DNA of 64,000 nt from an uncultured Acidobacteriota bacterium (GTDB lineage: Bacteria; Acidobacteriota; Vicinamibacteria; Vicinamibacterales; UBA2999). The DNA is taken from NCBI GenBank assembly GCA_963834325.1, contig CAWIBL010000012.1, forward strand, positions 1,022,248 to 1,086,247, in the 5' to 3' direction. Position 1 is the stretch's first letter. Each line of letters opens with the position of its first letter. Shown here piece by piece: positions 11,500 to 21,652 of the stretch. A program made the position numbers and the translations under genes. The notes beneath the pieces were generated by a model. It was not told the DNA's origin, did not search any database, and saw only the letters and a program-made list of their open reading frames with translations.

Positions 11500-12525
11500 A
11501 TGCTGCTGAACGTATTGCCCTTCGCCGCCCGGGACTTCGCCGTGGATCTCGGCACCGCCAACACGGTGGTCTTCGCCCCCGGGCGGGGCATCGTCGTCGA
11601 CGAGCCGTCGATTGTCGCCGTCAACACCCAGAGCGACAAGACCGAAGCGGTCGGTCACGCGGCGCACGCCATGCTCGGCCGCACCCCGGCCAATATCACC
11701 ACCATCCGGCCGCTGCGCGACGGCGTCATCGCCGACTTCGAGGCCGCCGAGCGGCTCCTCAGTCACTTGATCCGGAAAGCCCAAGGCTCGGTCACCTGGC
11801 GGCGCACGCGGCTGGTCATCGGCATCCCCTCGAGCATCACCCAGGTGGAACGGCGCGCGGTGATCGACAGCGCCTACCGGGCCAAGGCCAGCGAAGTGCA
11901 CCTGGTCGAGGAGCCGATGGCGGCGGCCATCGGCGCCGGGCTGCCGGTCACGGAAGCCACCGGCAGCATGGTCGTGGACATCGGCGGCGGCACCACCGAC
12001 ATCGCCGTCATCTCGCTCGGCGGCATGGTCTACACGAGCGCCATCCGCACCGCCGGCAACCACATGGACGAGGCCATCATCAGCTTCATGCGGCGGCGCC
12101 ATGGCCTGCTCATCGGCGAGCGCACGGCCGAGGACGTCAAGATCCGCCTCGGGTCGGCCTGCCCGGGCGAGCCCGTGCGCGAGATGGAAGTGCGCGGCCG
12201 GTGCATGCGCGAAGGCCGCCCACGCATCGTCGACATCACCGAAACGGAAGTGCGTGAAGCGCTGGCCGAACCGGTGCGCGCCATCTGCACCGCGGTCCGG
12301 AACGCGCTCGAGTGCGTGCCGCCGGAAATCGCCGCCGACATCTACGGTCAGGGCATGACCCTCACCGGCGGCGGGGCCCTGTTGACCCGGCTCGACGAGC
12401 GGCTGCGGGAGGAAACCGGCGTGCCCGTCCAGGTGGCCGCCGACCCGCTGACGTCGGTCGTGCTGGGCGCCGGGCGGATGCTCAGCGACACGGCTTTGCT
12501 GCGCCGCGTCGCCTGGGCGTCGTAG
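11500..12525 (+). CDS. mreB: MreB/Mbl-like actin-family rod shape-determining protein (orphan paralog)
   Basis: DLGTANT, RPLRDGVIADF, EEPMAAAIGAG, DIGGGTT, LTGGGALL; start ATG 11500. Confidence 0.9.
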   Translation: MLLNVLPFAARDFAVDLGTANTVVFAPGRGIVVDEPSIVAVNTQSDKTEAVGHAAHAMLGRTPANITTIRPLRDGVIADFEAAERLLSHLIRKAQGSVTWRRTRLVIGIPSSITQVERRAVIDSAYRAKASEVHLVEEPMAAAIGAGLPVTEATGSMVVDIGGGTTDIAVISLGGMVYTSAIRTAGNHMDEAIISFMRRRHGLLIGERTAEDVKIRLGSACPGEPVREMEVRGRCMREGRPRIVDITETEVREALAEPVRAICTAVRNALECVPPEIAADIYGQGMTLTGGGALLTRLDERLREETGVPVQVAADPLTSVVLGAGRMLSDTALLRRVAWAS

Positions 12526-12558
12526 CTCCGCCCCCCGCCGCCTCGAAGGCCGTTCCGA

Positions 12559-12585
12559 CAAACCCCCGCCGCGGGCGGGGGTTTG
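12559..12585 (+). terminator. Probable intrinsic terminator after mreB
   Basis: CAAACCCCCGCC-gcg-GGCGGGGGTTTG, perfect 12-bp stem. Confidence 0.6.
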
Positions 12586-12602
12586 CTATCCTGGGAAGGC
12601 CT

Positions 12603-13112
12603 ATGTCGTCCATGTCCGAGGAAATGCGGCCCGCCAAACTGTGGCGGACGATGCCCACCGCCCTGAAGACCGCCGCCGCCACCGCGTTCTGGAACGACGA
12701 GAACGCCGCCCTCGAACAAGCCGAAGCCATCGCGCTCATCGCCCGGCAGATCAAGTTCCGGCCGCGCAGCGTCCAGTCGCTGTCCACCGATCGGCGGGCC
12801 AAGTACCTGGCCGGCCTGCCCCAGGTGTCCGACCTGCTGGCGGCCCGCTTGCTCGTCGTCTATCACCTCGAGCACCAGCGGCCGATGATGGGCGCGTTCC
12901 TCGACGCCCTGGGCATCGCCCACGTCGACGGGCTCATCGAAGACGAGACGCCCAAGACGCCCACGCCCGAGCAGATCGCGACGGCGGCCGACACGCTGTC
13001 GGCGGCCTATCCCGCGGGCGATGTCGGCCGCTATTTCTGGACCCTGCTGTGGCAGGACCCCGATACCTGGGGCGCGCTGCAGGACCGTCCCGAACTGGCC
13101 GAGCGCGGCTGA
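12603..13112 (+). CDS. Conserved hypothetical protein
   Basis: Good codon usage (MSSMSEEMRP...HLEHQRPMMGAFLDALGIAH); stop overlaps the next start (TGATG). Confidence 0.75.
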   Translation: MSSMSEEMRPAKLWRTMPTALKTAAATAFWNDENAALEQAEAIALIARQIKFRPRSVQSLSTDRRAKYLAGLPQVSDLLAARLLVVYHLEHQRPMMGAFLDALGIAHVDGLIEDETPKTPTPEQIATAADTLSAAYPAGDVGRYFWTLLWQDPDTWGALQDRPELAERG

Positions 13113-13480
13113 TGCCGCCGTTTGCCCGACATCTCTTCGTCTGCGGCAACGCCCGCGAACCCGGGCATCCCCGCGGATCGTGCGATCCGGTCGGCGGCGC
13201 GGCGCTGCACAAGCTCTTCAAGCAGGCGGTGGCCGACCGCGGGCTGCAGCGCACCGTGCGCGCCAACAAGTCGGGCTGCCTGGATCAGTGCGAGCACGGC
13301 CCGACCGTGGTCGTGTATCCCGAAGGCGTGTGGTACGGCCGGGTCACGGCCGACGACGTCGCCGAAATCGTCGACCAGCATCTGCTCCGCGGCGAGCCCG
13401 TCGAGCGCTTGCGTCTGGCCGACGGCTGCATCAACAGCAGCACCTGCGCCCACAAGCCGCGACGGCCAGTGGGCGCGTAG
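13112..13480 (+). CDS. Thioredoxin-like [2Fe-2S] ferredoxin
   Basis: HLFVCGN...GSC...SGCLDQCEHGPTVVVYPEGVWYG. Confidence 0.88.
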   Translation: MPPFARHLFVCGNAREPGHPRGSCDPVGGAALHKLFKQAVADRGLQRTVRANKSGCLDQCEHGPTVVVYPEGVWYGRVTADDVAEIVDQHLLRGEPVERLRLADGCINSSTCAHKPRRPVGA

Positions 13481-13498
13481 ACGCCCGGAGACCTGGCC

Positions 13499-14253
13499 AT
13501 GGAAGCGCTCCTCACCACCGACAACCTCATTGCGCTCGTCACCCTGACGGCGCTCGAGGTCGTGCTCGGGGTCGACAACGTCATCTTCATCTCGATCCTC
13601 GCCGGCAAGCTGCCGGACAAGGACCAGGCGCGGGCCCGGCGCGTCGGCCTCATGGCCGCGATGATCATGCGCATCCTGCTGCTGTTCTCGCTGGCCTGGA
13701 TCGTGCGTCTGACCGAACCGCTCTTCAGCGGTGTTCGGCCGCGGCATTTCGGGCCGCGACCTGATTCTGCTCGGCGGCGGCCTGTTCCTGCTGGCCAAGG
13801 CCACGCTCGAGATTCACGAGAAGCTCGAGGGCGTGGAAGGGGAGCGCTCGGCCCGGGTGGCCCCGTCCTTTGGCGCGGTCATCTTCCAGATCATGCTGCT
13901 CGACATCGTCTTCTCGCTCGACTCGGTCATCACCGCCGTGGGCATGGCCGAATCGATCACGGTGATGGTCGATCGCCGTGATCCTGGCCGTGGGCATCAT
14001 GATGCTGTCGGCTGATTCGGTGTCTTCCTTCGTGCAGAAGCACCCGACCGTGAAAGTGCTGGCGCTCAGCTTCCTGATGCTCATCGGCCTCTCGCTCGTC
14101 GGCGAGGGCCTCGGCCATCACATCCCGAAGGGCTACGTCTACTTCGCGATGGGCTTCTCGGTGTTCGTCGAGGTCGTCAACCTGCGCGTGCGCAAGGCCG
14201 GCGTGCCGGTGGGGTTGCACGAGCCCTACACCGCCGACCCGCCCAAGCACTGA
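13499..14253 (+). CDS. TerC family membrane protein (two +1 frameshifts, about 13730 and 13971; probably sequencing error)
   Basis: [13 protein letters not shown]; [14 protein letters not shown]; [15 protein letters not shown]; [12 protein letters not shown], spread over three consecutive frames. Confidence 0.85.
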
Positions 14254-14269
14254 CGGCGCGCCGCGCCGC

Positions 14270-16717
14270 TCATTCGGCGCGCAGGGCCACGGCCGGATCG
14301 GTCGTGGCCGCGCGCCGGGCCGGTCCCCAGGCCGCCACCCCCAGTACCGCCGCGAAGATCGCGGCGGCCCCGCCGTAGGCCAGCGGGTCCACTGCGCCCA
14401 CCCCCACCAGCAGCCCCGACAGCAGCGTGGCCAGGCCGGCCGACAGCACCGCGCCGCCGGCCACGCCGGCCAGCGCCAGGGCCGCGGCCAGGCGCCCGAT
14501 CATCTTCCGCACGTCGCCCACCGTGGCCCCGAGCGCCATGCGAATGGCGATCTCCCGGGTGCGCTGGGCCACGACGAAGGCCATCAGGCCGTAGAGCCCC
14601 AGCCCGGCCAGGCTCACCCCGATGACGCCGACGGCGCCGGCAATCCAGGCCGTGAGCCGCTGCGGCAGGAGCCCGATGGCCGCCGCTTCGGCAAACGGCT
14701 GCACGAACATCACCGGCACGCTCGGCTCGACCTGGGCGACGGCGGCGCGCAGGTCGCCGTGGGGCGACTGGCCCGGATGGTGGCGGACGAAGAAGGTGAC
14801 GTCGCCGACCGGCTGCTGCGCCATCGGCACGAACACGAACGGCCGCGGCGCCTCGTTGATGTAGCGATAGCGGGCGTCACCTACCACCCCGACCACTTCG
14901 ACCGGCACCTCGCGGTCGTCGTCCTCCTGCAGGAAGCGCCGGCCGACGGCGTCGCCGCCTGGCCAGGCGGCGCCGGCGAAGCTCTCGTTGACGACCGCCA
15001 CGCGGGCCGTGCCGGCGCGATCGGCGGCCCCGAGGCCGCGGCCCGCAACGAGGGGCATGGCCACCGTGGCGAAGAACTCCGGCGTGACCACGTTCCAGTC
15101 GGCATCCACGGTGTCGCCGCCGGCGGCGCCGGTCAGGCCTGGCACACGGATCCGGCCGAGGCCGAGGCCGCTGCCCTGGAGCGGAATCATGCGGGCGGCC
15201 GCCACCGAGATGACCCCCGGCAGCCCGGTCATCCGCTGCCGCACCCGCTCCACGAGATCGACGGCGGCGGCATCACGAAAGCCCGAGAGCGACACGTCGA
15301 CGTTGGCCAGGACGATGCCGGCGGTGATGAATCCCGGGTCGATGCGCGCCGCCTGGTGAAGCGTGCGCCCGAAGAGGCCGGCGGTCACGACCAGCATGAG
15401 CGACAGCGCCACCTGCGCCACGACCAGCCCGTGACGCAGGAACAGCCGGCGCCGGTCGGCCGTCGCGGCCTGGCCGTGCAGGAGCGGGGCGAGGTCGGCG
15501 CCGAGGGCGTGCCGGGCCGGCGCCAGGCCGAAGACCAGGGCGGTGATGAGCGCGACGCCCAGCGCGAAGGCGACGACGCGCCCGTTGACGGCGAGATCGA
15601 GGTTCAACGCCACGGGGACCGCCGGCAGCGCGCGCGTCAGCAGTCCGACCAGGGCCACGGTGAGCGGCACCGCCACTACGCCGGCGGCCACGAACAACAC
15701 CGCGCTCTCGGTGAGGAGCTGCGACAGCAGCCGGGCCCGGCTGGCGCCGAGGGCGAGCCGGGTCGCCATCTCGCGCCGGCGGCCGGCCGCGCGCGCCAGC
15801 AGCAGGCCGGCGACGTTGCTGCAGGCGATGGCGAGCAAGGCCCCGGTGAGCGCGAAGAGCGCGCCGAGAAAGACGAGAAACGGCGTGCGCATCGGTCCGG
15901 GGATCCGGCTGGTCGGCAGGAGCGCCGCCGTGTGCCGCGGGTTGGCGTCGGGCGTGGCCGCCGTGTATCGCTGCATCAGGGTGTCGAGTTCGGCGCGGGC
16001 CTGCGCCGTCGTCACGCCCGGCCGCAGCCGGCCGACGCCGACGTGCCAGACCGAGCGCGGATCGGTGAGCAACCGGGACGAGGCCAGGCCCCGCGCCTCG
16101 GCCACCATGGCCATGGGCAGCCACAGGTCCGTGCCGGCCAGGCCAACGCCCTCGAAACCGGGCTCGGCGACGCCGACGACGGCGAAGTCGCGGTTGTTCA
16201 GCCGCAGCGGCTTGTCGAGGACGGCCGGATCGGCGCCGAGCCGGCGCGTCCAGAAGCGGTGGGTGAGGACCACCACCGGCCGCTGCCCCGGCACCAGGTC
16301 CTCGTCGTCGCGGAAGAAGCGGCCGAGCGCGGCCCGCGTCCCGACGACCTCGAAGAAGTTGCCCGACACCAGCGTGCCGAAGACGCGCTCGCTCGATCGG
16401 TCCACGGTCAGGCTCATCGGGCTGGCGCCGAAGGGCACCGCTGCCAGGCCCTCGAAGGTGGTGACGTGGCGGCGCAGGTAGTCGAAGGCCGGGTGCGACA
16501 TGTTGTCGAAGCCCTGGCCCTGATCGCCCCGGCCGACGTCGACGAGGCGCGCCGGATCGCGGAGCCCGGGGCCCGGCGCCAGCAGCGCGTCGGCCACGCT
16601 GAAGATGGCGCTCGTGGCGGCCAGGCCCAGGGCCAGCGACAGCAGCGCCGTGGCGGTGAAGAGCGGACTCCGGCCAAGCAGGCGCACGGCGTGACGCAGG
16701 TCGGCGGCAACGGTCAT
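14270..16717 (-). CDS. ABC permease of the acidobacterial duplicated orphan permease (ADOP; MacB_PCD/FtsX x2) type
   Basis: DLRHAVRLL..SPLFT, IACSNVAGLLLARA..RRREMATRLALGA, LVVAQVALSLML, QRTREIAIRMALGA, DPAVALRAE end; start ATG 16717. Confidence 0.9.
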   Translation of the reverse strand: MTVAADLRHAVRLLGRSPLFTATALLSLALGLAATSAIFSVADALLAPGPGLRDPARLVDVGRGDQGQGFDNMSHPAFDYLRRHVTTFEGLAAVPFGASPMSLTVDRSSERVFGTLVSGNFFEVVGTRAALGRFFRDDEDLVPGQRPVVVLTHRFWTRRLGADPAVLDKPLRLNNRDFAVVGVAEPGFEGVGLAGTDLWLPMAMVAEARGLASSRLLTDPRSVWHVGVGRLRPGVTTAQARAELDTLMQRYTAATPDANPRHTAALLPTSRIPGPMRTPFLVFLGALFALTGALLAIACSNVAGLLLARAAGRRREMATRLALGASRARLLSQLLTESAVLFVAAGVVAVPLTVALVGLLTRALPAVPVALNLDLAVNGRVVAFALGVALITALVFGLAPARHALGADLAPLLHGQAATADRRRLFLRHGLVVAQVALSLMLVVTAGLFGRTLHQAARIDPGFITAGIVLANVDVSLSGFRDAAAVDLVERVRQRMTGLPGVISVAAARMIPLQGSGLGLGRIRVPGLTGAAGGDTVDADWNVVTPEFFATVAMPLVAGRGLGAADRAGTARVAVVNESFAGAAWPGGDAVGRRFLQEDDDREVPVEVVGVVGDARYRYINEAPRPFVFVPMAQQPVGDVTFFVRHHPGQSPHGDLRAAVAQVEPSVPVMFVQPFAEAAAIGLLPQRLTAWIAGAVGVIGVSLAGLGLYGLMAFVVAQRTREIAIRMALGATVGDVRKMIGRLAAALALAGVAGGAVLSAGLATLLSGLLVGVGAVDPLAYGGAAAIFAAVLGVAAWGPARRAATTDPAVALRAE

Positions 16718-16771
16718 GGAGCATAGGACGGGCCGCTTCGGGGATTGTTTCGCCTCAAGTAAGATTTGCCG

Positions 16772-17751
<980 letters not shown>

Positions 17752-17755
<4 letters not shown>

Positions 17756-18615
17756 CCCAAGAGTACGGCGCCGACTTCGCGGCCATCCGCGACCTGGAAC
17801 TGCGCGCCCGCGTGGCCGTCACCGGGGCGCGGCACGGCCCGCACACCAGCCCGCTCCACGGGTTCGGGGCCGAGTTCCGCGAATATCGCCACTACCGGGC
17901 CGGCGACGACCTGAAACATGTCGATTGGAAGGCCTACGCGCGCACCCGGACGCTCTACACCCGGCGCTTCACCGAAACGACCAACCTCGTGGCCCTGGTG
18001 GTCGTCGACGCGTCAGCGTCGATGGACTTCCACGGCAAGTTCGCGCTGGCCCGGACGGCCGCGGCGGCGCTGGCCATGCTGGTCGTCGATCAGGGCGACG
18101 CCGCCGGGCTCATGGCCCAGGGCGCGCAGGCGGTGCACGTGCCGGCTGGCCGCGGCGTGGTCCACATGGCGCGTCTGCTGGCCGGCCTGACCCGGCTCGT
18201 GCCCGACGGCGTCGCGCCGTTCTCGGAGGTGCTGGCGCGGGTCGGCCCGCGGCTGCCGCGCCACGGCGTCGTCATCGCCGTGTCCGACTTCTACGACGAC
18301 GTCGCGGTCCTGCCGGTCTTGCGCCGTCTGGCCCGCGCCGGCCACGACGTCGTGGCCGTGCAGACCCTCGCCGCCGAAGAGCAGACCTTGGACGTGGACG
18401 ACGACGTGGAACTGGTGGACGCCGAGACGGGACAAACGCGGCCGATCGCGGCCGCCGCCGCGCGCGCCACCTATCAGGCGCGCTTCACGGCCTGGCGGGG
18501 CGAGCTGCACACCTCGCTGCGGCGCGACGGCATCGAGCCGGTCAGCGTCACGACCGGCGAGCGGCTGGACCGGGCGCTCCGCCGCTTCCTGCTGGCCCGG
18601 CGCGGAGGCGCGTGA
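17752..18615 (+). CDS. DUF58 / vWA-like MoxR partner
   Basis: GAEFREYRHY..GDDLKHVDWKAYART, MIDAS-like DASASM, SDF; ATGA overlap with moxR. Confidence 0.9.
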
Positions 18616-19643
18616 TGCGGGCCGCCTGGCTGGCGCCGGCCGCGCTGTGGCTCGCCGGGCTCGCGGCGCTGCCGATAGCCGCACACCTGCTGTCGCGGCA
18701 CCGGCGCCGGCGGCTGCGCTTTCCGACGCTCCGCTTCCTCGACGCGTCGTCGGCGCCGGTGCGACGGCACCTGCGCTGGCGCGACCCCGGACTGCTGGCC
18801 GTGCGCATCGCCGTCGTCCTTGCCGTCGCGGCCGCCCTCGCCGGTCCGGTGCTCGTGACCGCGGCCCGGCAGGCCGGCTGGGACGCGCAGACCGCGCGCG
18901 CGGTGGTGGCGGCGCCGGCCGTCGCCGCCGATCCCGCCGTGGCCGCGGCCGAGCGTCTCGACGCCGGCGGGGAAGTCCGGCGCTTCGTCACGGCCGACCT
19001 GCGCGCCGGCGTGGCGGACGCGGCGGCGTGGCTGGACGGGCACGGCCTCAGCCGCCGCGAAATCGTCGTCGTGGCGCCGCTGTCACGCGGCAGCGTGATT
19101 GCCGCCGACGCCTCGGCGCTGCCGTCCGAGATCGGCCTGCGCTTCGTCCGCGCCGGCCCGCTGCCGCCCGACACGTTCCACCGGGTGCGCGTGCAACTCG
19201 TCGACGGCACGCTGTGGCGGCTCACCGAGGCGGTCACGCTGGAGGCCGCTGCCACGACCGTGCGCGAGATCGCTCGCGGGCGGGAAACCGGACCGGGGAT
19301 CGAGACGCCGGCCGCGCCAGCGGACCGTGCCGCCGCCGACGCGGCGCGGCGCGCGGTACTGCGCCGCGGCGTGGTCCTGGCCACGCCCGACGCCGCGCCG
19401 GTCGTGGTGCCGTGGACCGGACGCATCGACGCCCTGGCTGCGGCTGTCGATGCACGAAGCCGAGGCGATCAGCCGGGAGGTGAGGCTGCGTCAATCGACG
19501 ATACCGTGCTGGCGGCGATGACCCGGCCGCCGACGCCGCGCGGACCGTCGGCGCCGATGGACACCGGCGATCGCCGGCTGGTGTGGGCCGCCGTGCTGCT
19601 GCTGCTCGGTGTCGAGACGTGGCTGCGGAGGCGGCCGGCATGA
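18615..19643 (+). CDS. BatA N-terminal double-transmembrane domain protein
   Basis: LAALPIAAHLLSR..RLRFPTLRFL...LLAVRIAVV..ALAGP, plus C-terminal LLLLGVETWLRRR anchor; TGATG coupling. Confidence 0.8.
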   Translation: MRAAWLAPAALWLAGLAALPIAAHLLSRHRRRRLRFPTLRFLDASSAPVRRHLRWRDPGLLAVRIAVVLAVAAALAGPVLVTAARQAGWDAQTARAVVAAPAVAADPAVAAAERLDAGGEVRRFVTADLRAGVADAAAWLDGHGLSRREIVVVAPLSRGSVIAADASALPSEIGLRFVRAGPLPPDTFHRVRVQLVDGTLWRLTEAVTLEAAATTVREIARGRETGPGIETPAAPADRAAADAARRAVLRRGVVLATPDAAPVVVPWTGRIDALAAAVDARSRGDQPGGEAASIDDTVLAAMTRPPTPRGPSAPMDTGDRRLVWAAVLLLLGVETWLRRRPA

Positions 19644-21652
19644 GCGCGGCCGCCTTCGTCCACGCGCTGTCGCGCCGGCTGCGGTGGCGCGATGGCCTGT
19701 GGATCGCCAGCGCCGCGCTCGCGGCGGGCGCGCTCACGGCCGCTGTGACAGCGCTGGCGGCGCCGGCCATGAGCGCGGCCAGCGTCCTGGCCCTGGCCGC
19801 CGCGGCGGCCGTGGTCGTCATCGCCGCCGGCACGCACCGGCGCCACCCGGCGTGGGCGGCGCCGGCCGTCGCGCAACTGGCCGAGGCGCGGGCCCCCGGC
19901 CTCGACAACCTGCTCGTCACCGCCGTGGCCAGCGCCGGCATGCCCGCGCTGTCGCCGGCCATCCGCGACGAGATCACGCGGCAGGCCGACGGCCGAGTGG
20001 CGGCGCTGGCGCCCGCGGATTTCGTGCCCGTGCGCGGCGCGGTGGTCGGCGCCGTGCTGTCGGTGGCCCTGGCCGCCGCTGCCGTCACGTGGACGCTGCG
20101 CCCGCAGGTCCCGGCCGGCCGCGCCGATCACGCGACGGGGGACCGCGGCAGTGACGCCTTGACGATGACGGTGACGGTGACGGTGACGCCGCCGTCCTAC
20201 CTGCGCACGCCTCCGATCACGCTGACCGATCCCGCCGAGGTGCGGGTCCCGGCGGGCGGCTCGCTGCGTCTGGTCGTGCGCACCGGGCTGGCGGCAGTGA
20301 CGGTCGAAGACGTGGGCGGGGGCGCGGTGACGCTCGATCGCGGCGGCGAGCCGGGGACGTTCGAGCGGTCGTGGGCGCCGGCGCAGTCCACGACCAGCGC
20401 CGTCATCGGCCGGACCGGCGACGGCGCGGCTGGCGCGTCACGTCTCCTGGCCGTGACGCTGGTGCCCGACGCGCGGCCGGTCGTGCGCGTGACCCGTCCC
20501 GGTCGCGACCTGCGGCTGCCGTCCACCGACCTGTCCCTGGCCATCGAGGTCGAGGCCACCGACGACCACGCGGTTGCCGGGCTCGAACTGCGTTACGTGC
20601 GCATGTCGGGCAGCGGCGAGTCGTTCACGTTCGGCGAAGGACGGGTGCCGATTGCCGACGTGACGCGCGACGGTCCCCGTCTGCGCGGACGGGTGTCGTG
20701 GTCACTCCGCCCTCTCGGGCTCGACGCCGGCGAGTCGCTGGTCTACCGCGTGGTGGCGCGTGACGACGCGCCCGACGCGCCGCCCGGCGAATCCGAGTCC
20801 TACACCATCGACATCGGCGCGGCCTTCGAGACGACCGGGGCCGGGGCGGCCGTGGCCGAGGAGGACCGCCGCTACGCCATCAGTCAGCAGATGGTGATCA
20901 TGCACACCGAACGGGCCCTGGCCGAACGCGGCGGCACTGCCGCCGCGGCCTGGCTGGCGCGGACGCAGGCGATTGCCGCCGAGCAGCGGATGGTGCGGGC
21001 CGAGGTGGTCTTCCTCAGCGGTGGGGAAGTGCAGGACGAGGTCGAGGAAGCGGCCCATGCCCACGAACTGCAGGAAGGCCGGCTCGAGAACCGCGGGCGC
21101 GCCGAGATGCTGCGGGCCATGGGCGAGATGTCGCGGGCCGAAGCGCTGCTCACGGCCGGCGACGCCCGCGGCGCGCTGGTCGTCGAGCGACGGGCCCTGG
21201 CCGCGCTGCTCGCCGCCTTCGACCGCCGCCGCTACTTCCTGCGCACGGTGCCCGAGCGCTCGCGCATCGATGCGGCGCGGCGGCTGACCGGCGACCGCCG
21301 CCTGGCGTCGCCCGGACCGCGGCCCGCCGTCGAGCGGCCCGATCGACTCGGCGACGAACGGGCCCTGCTCCTGGCGCTGGCCGCGCTCGACCCGGCCGGC
21401 CCGGTGCCGGCCGCGACGGCGGCGCGGGTGGCGGCGCTGCAACCGGGCTCGCCGCCGTGGTCGCAGTTGGCCGCGGACCTGCTGGCCGCGCCAGACGAGA
21501 CGGCGCGGCGCGCGGCCGTGACGGCCATTGCCTCAGCTCTGCGCGACCGCGTCGACTCGCGCCGGCCGCCGGCGGCCGGGGCCGGCTCCGGCCGCCGCGA
21601 CGGGCTCGACGGGCTGTGGGCCGACGAGCAGCGGGCGGGGCGCCGCCGATGA
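19640..21652 (+). CDS. DUF4175-like membrane protein of MoxR clusters
   Basis: N-terminal TM segments, VTPPSY, PDARPVVRVTRPGRD, ATDDHAV, SGSGESFTF, SQQMVIMHTE; ATGA overlap. Confidence 0.7.
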   Translation: MSAAAFVHALSRRLRWRDGLWIASAALAAGALTAAVTALAAPAMSAASVLALAAAAAVVVIAAGTHRRHPAWAAPAVAQLAEARAPGLDNLLVTAVASAGMPALSPAIRDEITRQADGRVAALAPADFVPVRGAVVGAVLSVALAAAAVTWTLRPQVPAGRADHATGDRGSDALTMTVTVTVTPPSYLRTPPITLTDPAEVRVPAGGSLRLVVRTGLAAVTVEDVGGGAVTLDRGGEPGTFERSWAPAQSTTSAVIGRTGDGAAGASRLLAVTLVPDARPVVRVTRPGRDLRLPSTDLSLAIEVEATDDHAVAGLELRYVRMSGSGESFTFGEGRVPIADVTRDGPRLRGRVSWSLRPLGLDAGESLVYRVVARDDAPDAPPGESESYTIDIGAAFETTGAGAAVAEEDRRYAISQQMVIMHTERALAERGGTAAAAWLARTQAIAAEQRMVRAEVVFLSGGEVQDEVEEAAHAHELQEGRLENRGRAEMLRAMGEMSRAEALLTAGDARGALVVERRALAALLAAFDRRRYFLRTVPERSRIDAARRLTGDRRLASPGPRPAVERPDRLGDERALLLALAALDPAGPVPAATAARVAALQPGSPPWSQLAADLLAAPDETARRAAVTAIASALRDRVDSRRPPAAGAGSGRRDGLDGLWADEQRAGRRR

